A stretch of 64,000 bases of DNA. Source: Eledone cirrhosa. Its lineage: Eukaryota. Made by a program: the position numbers and the translations under genes. The stretch's first letter is position 1. Each line of letters opens with the position of its first letter. Positions 53,400 through 64,000 of this stretch are shown in pieces. Location of the stretch: assembly GCA_964016885.1 (NCBI GenBank), contig OZ024743.1, positions 294,748,001 to 294,812,000 on the forward strand. Reading direction: 5' to 3'. Below the pieces are notes generated by a model. The model was not told the origin of the DNA. It did no database searches and was given only the letters and a program-made list of their open reading frames with translations.

Positions 53400-55950
53400 T
53401 GTACCCGTGATTTGGCTAATCGATTTCATAGGGAATACTATTTCCTGGCAAGCCGAAAAGAATTAACGAATTTTGGTGAAATTGTCATACCTGATAGGCA
53501 GAATTTCAACTCCTGTATCCGTTATTCTAGGTATATGCATGTATCAGAGACAATCTTTAGTTGTTGATATAATCTTAGTGACTACATATGAATACTTACA
53601 TTGTGGATTGTCTTATAGTGTGTCCAAATATATTAATATATTTGGAAAGTTTTATGGAAAAAGATTTTCTGTATGGCTCTATGTAATATTTATGTCCTCG
53701 TTATTTGTAAGGGAGACGTTGATTCTGCCACGCAATGTAGAAACACAACCCGTTCAGTTGGTAAATATTAATGGTGTTTCATATACATCGTCAGGAAGAG
53801 TTACACATGTATATAATGCAAAATGTTTCGTCTGATTATACAGGTAATAGAAGCTATAAATATTACTTTGCATTTGTAGCACACGTAAACGCTATTAGTA
53901 GTGAAGATCTTAAGATATATATAATGTATGAGAAACTGCTTATTTATTGGTTTTGAAATATATTGGCAATGTTTGAATAGACTTTAATCTGAAGAGATGA
54001 TTGTGCAATATAATCTTTAGTTTCGTACATTTGAGGTCATGAATAATAGTGTAAATTATTCCATCGTTGAGTACACAGTCTTTAATGCTTTTCTGTAATA
54101 ATGAGCAACATTAGAAAATCAGTGAACAGCGATTCAGTTAGATATGTGCTTGTTAATATTAATAAATAGGGGTTGTTTTGAGGATTATTATGAGATGGAT
54201 GGAATTTCTCTCAATGTACACAGATTTCTCGTTTGGATTACTCTAAGGACAGCATTTACCAGTTCATAAATCTAAGGTTATTTCTAAGAAATTGACAATA
54301 CTTAGATTAGAATCTGCTATGAACCTTCAATCTAAATCTTTGGATATGTTGGTAATCTCCTTCCGAATAATAATCATTGTATGGCCATTCCTATTCCATA
54401 AAACAAATAGTCTGTCATCATGATAAAGATTGAGCTCTACGGAACGGAATTTCTTCCGAAATATTTTGGAAATCGATATATGCTCTGGTACAATCCTTGC
54501 CTTCAGTGGCACATGATACAGTGTCATTTGTGAGAGAGCTGCTAGATTTATTGAGTGTGGAGTTGCTGCAGAATTCGAAATTAAATCCTTCTAACTTTTA
54601 ATTGTCTTACTTTTGAAATTTCAGAACGTTCTTTTGTATAGGCATTATATACAGAAACATAATATTTGCGGTTTTTCGGATTTTCTACTGGTCTTACTAG
54701 ATACGGTTAGTTTTAAAAGCTATGGAAATGCAATCATATCTAAAATCTATTTGGGGTCTCGCTCTGCTCATTGGATAATCTTCAGATAAAGTTAGAATGC
54801 ATTTAATTGTATTTAAATATTTCCACTAGAAGTATGTAGAGAACGGATATTTAGGATGTTTTATATTTATTTTTAATTGTTATACCATGATATATTTTCA
54901 ATTTGGTGTCGAATTTAAGATATACTTTTATATTTGTCAAGAGATTTAAAAAATTGCAAGAAGATATTCTATGATTATATACACGAAATGTTTATTCATA
55001 TCAATAATTGTTTCTACCTTTGGCACAAGGCCAGCAATTACTCCAGTGCATTGCTGGTACTTTATTTTATCGACCTGTAAGGATGAAAGGCAAAATTAAC
55101 CTCAGCGGATTTGAATTCAGACCGTAAAGAGCAGTAACTCTATGCTTCAAAGCGTGGTGTCTGATCCTCTGCCAATACTGCCAATCCACCGCCCTATCAA
55201 TAATGGTGTTACAACACTCTTCTGAATCTGATTATTGTTGAACACTTTCGTGTGTACAAACGATTACACATTGTGAGATGTCATTACATAATCTTTCGTA
55301 TTATTGATTCGTAACGTTAGATTCTGGTGGTTACAAAATGTGCAGAATCTCGTATTTGTGTTCGTATACTGGCCCTGATGTTATCATAGAAAACAAACGA
55401 GATGCGTATATATAATTTGCATAATTATTTGGGGAAACAGTATTACTCGTCTTGATAAATTCTGATAGTTTTAACATATATAACAATGTAGACTTGTATA
55501 AAACTCTGAGCATTCTCATACTGTTCGCAAATTCAGCTGCTTATATTGGGGACGGTGTAAATAATTTTGAATATATATCGTTCCCGTCTTTAGCACTACT
55601 ATCTCCAAAATATTTTTATAACACATAACTACCCTAAATATATTCTACGCCACCCAAAGCAACTGATATATTATAACTTGCTTGAATAGATATAACATTA
55701 ATATCAAGTATCAATAGAGGTTATGTTTTCATTATTGCATGTCTTAAACAAACGAATATAATTGAATGGACATAGTACTGGTATAAATAACCTTCTATAT
55801 TCGTTTCGTCTATATGAGATCTGATATCAATTCTTGCTGAAAAATATTTGGTTTCCATTCTTTCGTGGTTGAGATATAAAGTACTCGTTCTGATCATTAA
55901 ATTGGCGACATTTTTAGAGTAACACATGGGATTATTTGAAGTACCTCGAA
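53400..55950 (-). mobile_element. Old, heavily decayed Naiad-like PLE
   Basis: Minus-strand remnants LNLYHDDRL (YRDD-like), IRKEITNI, SNLSIVNFLEITLDL, NPNEKSVYI, IKLSKYI, KTSN; boundaries are rough. Confidence 0.6.
55009..55194 (-). mobile_element. tRNA-derived SINE (OK-like) with 10-bp TSD
   Basis: TSD TATCAATAAT at 54999-55008 and 55195-55204. Confidence 0.9.
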
Positions 55951-57174
55951 CAATTCTTAGCGTTCTGAGGTGAAACCACACTTACTGTCCTATTTACTCA
56001 AGGATATTATTGCCCTCACGAGTATATATACATGCATATATCTATTTATTTGTATATACATATATGTATATATATAAATTTTTGTTTCATATATATATAT
56101 AAATATATATATATTTCACTTCTGCGTTCACAGATTGACTTTGTTAGTTTCAGAAGATCCCGTTAAGGGGGAAAGCAGCGATTATTTGCTTAAACTTTAA
56201 TCTGTTATTTTAATAAATATTTGCACTACGGTTCTTATATATTTGATATATATTTATCCTTATCGAGCCCTCTTTGAATTTTAGTCATTTAATTTATTAT
56301 TATTACTATTATATATATATATGTGTGTGTGTGTGTGTACATTTATATATATATATGCATACATTCATATATATATATATATATATGTGTGAGTGTGTAC
56401 ATTTATATATATATATATATGCATATATTCATATATATGTGTGTGTGTTTGTGCGTGTGTGTATATGTGCGCAGATGCATATCCACAGAGAGGGAGACAG
56501 TAAGACTTACCTACATACTTAAGAAAATCTAGATATAGCAGATTGACACCAACTATTTGTAAGGAAAGTTTCAAAATATAGAATATATTTAAATTTTCTG
56601 ATAAATATTCATGAAATTATAACGAATTATATATGGATATGTGGAATTTTATCACCAATGATTCTTAATGAAACTCATATTTAGTAATTACAACTAAGTT
56701 TTAAATTATAAATTTAAAAATGATGAGCTAGAATATCTCAATAACGATGTGAACTTGTTTTTCTATATTTTATTAAGTAATTCAGAATTATATCCGTATA
56801 TGAATTATAGTAATGATTTGAAATTAATCTGATATCCTTTAACGCCCTCGAAAATTGATACCAACCATATATATGCAAGAATTTCCAATTGTATTTGCAA
56901 AAAATATAAAAACATTACGTTCTATAGTGATTACATTGGATAAATTAGATATAAATCATATATGTAACCAAATATATGTTTTCTTCTTCTACACCTGTAG
57001 CTCCTGATGGATTTGTAAGGTCTTCATAGTAACAAATATCATGTCTTTGGCATTTTAAACGTAACGGAGTCCATGGCCTCTCTGAGTTCAAACAGAGCCG
57101 TTTGCTTCCGGCGAAGGGGAGAGAGTGAGAGAGGGGAAGTGCAAAAGCGATACAAAGGAAAAATAGACTTCATT

Positions 57175-57360
57175 TGGATTGGCAGTATCGGTAGAGAGTC
57201 GGACACCATGCTTTGAAACATAGAGTTACGTCCCTTTATCATCTGAGTTCAAATCCCGCCGAGGTTAATTTTGCCTTTAATCCTTACGGGGTCGATTACA
57301 TAAAGTACCAGCAATGTACTGGGTAATTGCTGGCCTTGTGCCAAAAATAGAAACAATTAA
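57175..57360 (+). mobile_element. tRNA-derived SINE (OK-like)
   Basis: TGGCAGTATCGG...GAGTTCAAATCC...GGGGTCGAT...AGAAACAATT; an older inverted SINE remnant follows at ~57363-57435. Confidence 0.9.
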
Positions 57361-57739
57361 TAGACTGGTACATCTTTCATTGACCCCGAAATGAGGATAG
57401 GTACATTTTACCTCGGTAGGATTTGAAATTAGAGCACCGGAATGAACACCACAATGACTTATATCCGACCTTCTAATAGATTTGCCACTTCGCCGCCTAA
57501 CAATATGTTTACATGTACTAAATACGTATCCTGCCACGATGATATGTAAAAGTAGCTGCGAGGTAGCCGAAGTTTAAAGTATCAAATCTAAGTGCATTGT
57601 ATATGAGTACATATAAGCCTTTATTTTTAGACTCACACCTTATTTCAATATCATGTAATATCAGGTATTCAATAATAAGTATTATTTAGGTAAATGATAC
57701 CTATTATATATTATACCGCTAATTAATATTATCTAAACC

Positions 57740-60181
57740 ATTCTGTTCTTATATCTGAACAAAAGTCTTTATCTCTTAACATGTTCAACCATGGATTTAA
57801 CGCTCACAACGCCATCAGATACACATATAGCACCATCATATAGAGTTATAGATCGGCTGATTTGTGTAGAGGAAAGGGTGGATCAAATAGCGTGGTGCAG
57901 TGGTGAAATGCAAGCCCTAAAGGTGAAGTGCTAGTGGAGGTGCTGCGTTCAAAACTGACATTTAAAGCTGGGGTTTAAAGCTTTGGAAAGAATGTCGGAA
58001 GTGGTGCTGGCACGATGCAAACACTTCCGATTTTTTATTAAGGAGGTTAATGTTTGAAAAGATTATATTATGGGTCTCTAGAAGACAGAGGTTACAACAT
58101 TTATTAGGTGGTTTATACGATGCTGCCCTACCTACTACTTCTCATTGAAGTGTATATGATCTATTCCTAGTTTTCAGATAGTGTATGTAGCTAGATAGTG
58201 AAGTGGAGTTGGCTAGATTGTGCTTCCTGAAAGAGTGAAGGTGCGAGTTGTATCTCGTCTTGAAGCAGTTCGAAGTGGAGCCTATATAGGCTTTAGAAAA
58301 GTTGATAAGTGTTGACCGTGCATGAGTAAATGATGTCCTTGATTAAGCAGTTGTAACCTAAAGGGCAGGTTCTATTAGATCTACAGTTACATTTATTTCG
58401 GGTTGTATCTTGTCGGTTATTATGCTGCGTAGAAATCTGGTTGCTAAGTATTGCATTAGGGCTATGATGGTTGTCGGTCCCAATTTTATTGATTTCATTA
58501 TTGTTACTACTATTATTACTATTGCTATTAGGGTTAGTAGTTATTATGTTTTTTTGAAAGTTTCTCTCTTGTGTTTTAATTTTTCTTTTATTAGTCTAGT
58601 TATATGGTATGCTATGTTAGGTGTGGTAGAGTAGGAGATTTTAATGGTGTTTTTATTTAAAAGCATGTGGTACTTGTGGCCCGATGGGAAGTTTCTCTCT
58701 AGGATTGAGAAGAAGGACCTAGGTAAGTTGGTAGAAACGTTTAGATTGAAATGGGGGTTTAATAAAGTATTAGTTCTTCTATTTTTGTTTTTTATATCTA
58801 TTGAGGTATTTCTGTTTATAATATTTTGGTGTCTACTATGGTGCGAGTTGGGCTTGATACTACCCTTCGTATTAGAGTAGGGGTGGTTATTATTCTTACT
58901 ACCGCTATTCCCATATTGTGAGAAATAATGTTCGAACTATGTGGTTTTCTAGGTAGGAACTCAATCCCATTACTATGGCCTGATTTAGCTAATGCCTCAT
59001 TATAGTACTGTGAATTATTGCTGAATATGGTTTCGTTATCAGATAGATTAGAGATTCTGTTAAAAATTCCTTTCGTGATAGGGTTAGTGTCTACATAAAT
59101 CAGATTTTCGTTAGGTTTATGGTAAGGTGTATATACTTTAGAGTCTAGGTAAAGGGTAGCATCAAGGAAGTTAACATTTTTAGTGTTTTTGTCTATGGTG
59201 ATACTTAAGTTATAGTTTTTGAATGTTTTATGTAAAAGTTTCCTTGTTCTTTCTATATTAAATTTGTTATAGTCTATAAGGAGTAGTGGATCATCGCGGT
59301 ATAAACCACCGTTGAGGTATGGTAGGTCCTTATGGATTTCATTTAGTAAATATAGGCCCGCCAAATCAGTGACCTGCGCCGAGTCACTAGACTCCATAGT
59401 TATATCAAAGTTGTTATGCGTATCCTTGCGGGTCCATAACTGATCTTCAAATGTAATTATGGTTTTACGGGCCGCAAGTATGACATCAATTTGGGATCTA
59501 GTCAGGTCACTGTTGTTCATGGCCATAATGAGTGCCTTGTTTTATAGGCTGGGGGAAATAGAGGTGTAGTATGAATTGATATCAAATTGAATAATTTTTT
59601 TTATTTTTGTTCTCTTTAATTTCTCTAAACCATTCAATAACTTCACCTGTATTTCCTCACTGTTTAAGGAGTACTCTGTTCTTAATCAGCGGGATGATTT
59701 TATCTAAAATGTTCTTTCTGATAATGCCAATGTCAGATTTGGAAGGGCAGATTAGTCTTACCGAAGGGTTACTAGTGAAATCTTCCTTATGGTCCTTCAG
59801 AGAGAATCTTGGGGGGTTAGGTGTGTATGGCTGTGTATGTCCCTGAAGTCCCAGTTTAGACACTATACTATTCAATGGGAAGTAGTAGGTAGGGCAGCAT
59901 CGTATAAACCACCTAATAAATTCAGTAACCTCTGTCTTCGAGAGACCCATACTATAAGCTTTTCGAACCTTAACCTCCTTAATAAAAAATCGGAAGTGTT
60001 TGCATCGTGCCAACACCGCTTCCGACACTCTTTCCAAAGCTTTAAACCTCAGCTTTAAATGTCAGTTTTGAAAAAAGCACCTCCATTAGCACTTCACCTT
60101 TAGGGCTTGCATTGCACAACTGCACCACGCTCTTTGATCCACCCTTTCCTCTACACAAATCAGCCGATCTATAACTCTATA
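57740..60181 (-). mobile_element. Decayed Naiad-like PLE with inverted 3'-end copy (59843-60181, plus) at its truncated 5' end
   Basis: LKDHKEDF..NPSVRLICPSKSDIG, QFDINSYYTSI, GLYRDD, VNFLDATL, LNKKSEVFASCQH. 57839-58157 is the reverse complement of ~59866-60181. Degenerate HHR at ~57780-57822. Confidence 0.88.
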
Positions 60182-61407
60182 CTCTAGAAATATTCTTAAT
60201 ATAGTAAACTTAGATTACTTATAATTATATAGTGATGGAAATATAATATAATTTAGATAAACTTTAAATATTAAACGTAACAATGAATTATATATACATT
60301 TTTAATTAAATGTAAAAATTAATATCATTGTATATATATATAGGATTAATGCAGTAACATAAGGGATTTATCTAACTTAAATGCAATATGGAACAATGAA
60401 TTATATATACATATATAATTAAATGTATGGATTAACATTAATAACATTGCATATAAAGGATGTGTTTATTTACTCTAGAGATATATCTATTTTATCATGC
60501 AAACAGCTATACGGTATTACATGGCTTACCATATATTGGGTAGACAGCAATCTAGTAAAACCTTTGATATATTTTGGGAGGGTAGACTGTATTTAAGATT
60601 AAATTAATATAAATATATAACACTTTGTATGGGAAATTCAATTATGGCACTTTATAATATTTGATAGGCAACTTTCTAATGATAGCGTAATGTATTAGAA
60701 GAGAGTAGACTGGGTTTAAAACCAAATTAAATTAAATATAAATATATAGTTTCTATATTAGGCCCTCAATTATAACACTATATAATGTCCCTTAGAACAA
60801 TGAGTTTAATTATTATTATAATGATCTAGTTACCTCCCCTTACGCATTAGCTCCCCTTATTTCCATTCCCAGTTCCTGATATTAAACAGTAGAAAATTCT
60901 CTCAGCTCTACAAATGTAGTATACGATATGGTCTAAATAACACTAAGTTACTTCACATTACAAGCCATTACTATAACAAACACTCAACACAAATACATCG
61001 TGACATATGGAACTTTCTTATTCTACACACACACATATTTGATCTACACAGAAAATATCTCCGCATTGCAACCACCATAATATAATAACACACCTGATTT
61101 AAGTGCTTGTATTTTTTATGCAACACCCAGCATTCGTATATGCTTGATACTTTTGGTTGTTCAATTGCTTTATATATGACTAACGCACGTACTGTCTCTT
61201 TAATTTTATTTATTTGCTAGATGCTCTTGTATTATCTGTCACATGTGCTCCACCAAAAGCTTTTAATTGTAATTTTGAATCTTATTGTACAATTATAGTA
61301 TAACATAATATATGTCGCATCCATTCCACACTGTTGTCCACAATATGTATCTGTATGACTCTTCAGCAGAATAAGAGGTTGATTATATGTACAAACATTA
61401 TTATTAA

Positions 61408-61454
61408 TGCTCTGAAGAAAACAAGCCTAGGTTAGGAAGAAACAATTGTCAGCA
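61408..61454 (+). ncRNA. Hammerhead-like motif with poorly formed stem II
   Basis: TGCT CTGAAGA aaacaagcctaggttaggaa GAAAC AATT GTC AGCA; a related degenerate copy lies at ~2905-2952. Confidence 0.6.
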
Positions 61455-61980
61455 ATTAAATGTTCTAACAAAGCTTTGATTCTTGTTTATTCTATATTAC
61501 TGCTCTGTATAACAAATGGTGTTCTTACATTGAGCTATTTATCTTACTGGTAATAAGGTAGTAATAAATTACTGACCTTACCTGTTTATAGTTGTGTATA
61601 ATATATACATAACTATAGTATCATTAATATTATATATATATATATATATATAAATGATTATAATGGAGTATTCCACCGTTACTTTTCGTAAGGTGAGAAA
61701 AGCTCAATGCACGCTTAAATTCCTCAGAACATTAGTTATAAAAAACAAACGATATAATCTTCCGAAGGTTAAAGTTCTTGAGGACAGTGAGGATAGCAGA
61801 ACATAAATTTAAAGTGAATAGAACTAAGATTATCAAATTAAATCCACTTATTGTTTACATATGCATGCACGCTAATCAGCTGTATAGAATCGTTCGTAGA
61901 TATTAAAATATGGATTTAATTTGAATACAGTTCTTTGCACTTTAAACACATACACACAAATAGTAATAAATAAATAAATA

Positions 61981-62069
<89 letters not shown>

Positions 62070-63289
62070 GATGAAATTATTGTGTACAGTACTCAGGTGC
62101 ACTACAGTTCATCAAAGGTGCTTGTATAGTACATAGAATAATGTACAAATGTCAAGAAATTGAACAGCGTATGAGTCATGATATACATGTGTCCGTGTGT
62201 ATGTAGTGTTGGCGAATTTCAGGAAGCATGAAGGTTTTAAAGAATGCAGTGTCTCGGCAGCTAACAATTATAAATATATATAATGTAATTGGCAGAGAAA
62301 ATGGAAAGATTTCTTCTTCGCGGAGAGGCTGTACCTTCAATTTTTTCAGTCCTCAAATTGTTGGGTGAATTATATTCGTGCACTTTTCTATTTGAAACAT
62401 AGTTTTTATATTGAAAGGGAGACAGAACTTTGGAAGTGTATCTTTCTTCTTTCCACAAAGCAGAATTGTGAACGCCATCAAGTCGATTTTACAATCATAT
62501 GCACGAAACGTCTCCAAAGAATACCCAAACACAGACACAACAATAATCAATTGCAAAGTGTTACATCACCATTAAATAGAAGCAAAATACAGTTATAATA
62601 GAAGAAATTTAAACTAGTACTAAACGGTGCCGCGGTGGAACTAAATCGACTAAAATACAGATTAGTTAGAACAAACATGAAGTTCACTTTTCCGTAAAAT
62701 TAATCAAATTCTTGAGAAAAACAATACTCCAGAGATAGAAATCATATGATTAAAGGAAATGATACTAACATCAACAGTAAAGATACATTAATCTAATTCT
62801 TTTCTATAGTTATAGTATTTAAATTTCCATAATAAGACTTCGTTTGTGATTATTTCTTTATCAAGAAAAATAAAGGTGATACTATTATATATTGAAGACG
62901 TATATTACTAATAGAAAACTAAAAGAAAACTGAAAGAAGAAAAATTGGAAAGACAATATCATATATTAATAAAGATTTGGAATTAATAAAACTGCTGATA
63001 TAATCATATTGGTACGGCACACGTATTTAGAAGAGCGCTACCACTGTGCGAATGATAAAAGTATCTCTCTATATTTTGTTGATAATCGAGCACACTTATA
63101 TGATTATCATTCTGTTGTAAATATGATTTTAAACAGATCATGTGCACATTTATAAAGTAAATGATATAGTTCTAACTGTGTAACGTGCACAACCTGAACA
63201 ATTTGGTGCGGTTATTTTTGTGGGTTATGCAGTGAGTTTATTTGCCCGATAGGAAACGGAAATTAAACGGAAGAAAAAGAAAAGGATAC

Positions 63290-63500
63290 TAATAATTGTT
63301 TCTGATTTAGATTCAAGACTAGCAATTTTGGGGGAGGGGAAATTCGATCAAATCGACCTCAGTGCGTGACTGGTACTTTATTTTATCGACCTCGTAAGGA
63401 GGAAAGACAAAACTAACCTTGGCGGGATTTTAATTCAGAACGTAAAGAGCCGTACTCTATGCCGTTAAGCAGGGAGTCCAATGCTGTAATGATACTTCAG
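63290..63500 (-). mobile_element. Diverged OK-like SINE (longer variant)
   Basis: CTGGTACTTTATTTTATCGACC...GGCGGGATTTTAATTCAGAACGTAAAGAGC on the plus strand. Confidence 0.8.
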
Positions 63501-63519
63501 AAACCGATTTATAGGTGAA

Positions 63520-64000
63520 AATACAAAAGACAGAGACAGTGCGTATTCTACAAAATATTGAGTAAACAATACAAAAAAAAAATAACAATAAAATTATAAC
63601 AATGGAAATTCATTAATAGGGGAGAACCATCCAAGTTTGACTCATGAAGCCCACTAATCCTGAACCAGCAGACGCTTCGAGAAAACCAGAGGAGCTCACT
63701 GCATCCCTCTGCATTCAGCCAGCCTATAGGGGCACTCTGATTAGGCCTATCCACATGGAACATCTTCACCCATTTGACCCACCATGTAGCATATGTACTG
63801 GGGGGAAGCAATTCCCACACCACTATCACCTTCCTTTCCAAATGAAACTTGAACAAGTTGATGAAGGATTGACTGAAGAGAAAAATTTCAGTCTCCACTT
63901 TGTTCAACCTCGTCCACCACATAACCTATTTCGCTACAGCGACCAGGCAGATGAAAACTGCCTGCCCTTGCCAGCCAAAAGAAGGTGGCGGGCTGCTCTT
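63520..64000 (-). mobile_element. 3' end of another Tx1-type LINE (runs off the window)
   Basis: PPPSFG..GQAVFICLVAVAK*VMWWTRL..FKFHLERKV, homologous to the ORF2 C-termini above. Confidence 0.85.

Noticed and set aside
56980-57020. Possible 14-nt microexon (pyrimidine tract-TAG CTCCTGATGGATTT GTAAGG)
   Set aside because: Splice-like motifs alone are common by chance; no supporting exons or homology.

Overview
AT-rich, microsatellite-dense animal DNA with no supportable host gene. The tRNA-derived SINE resembles octopus OK-type SINEs, so an octopod cephalopod origin is inferred. The window is almost all transposons: at least six Penelope-like element (PLE) copies or fragments (Naiad-like and Neptune-like, one with an uninterrupted ~727-codon RT-GIY-YIG frame), two decayed near-full-length Tx1/L1-type LINEs plus two fragments, one R4/Dong-type RLE LINE, an internally deleted Helitron and five SINEs. 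The main signal that the ORF track misses is about 25 intact, degenerate or half type I hammerhead ribozyme (HHR) motifs, found by eye. Many sit in short non-coding fold-back palindromes next to (TA)n tracts. Two families carry a compensatory U3-A8 core. Several palindromes break within the ribozyme core or stem II, and one appears to have copied its own flank. Most ORF-track entries ([12 protein letters not shown]) are microsatellite artefacts. All folds, alignments and boundaries were read manually and are approximate.
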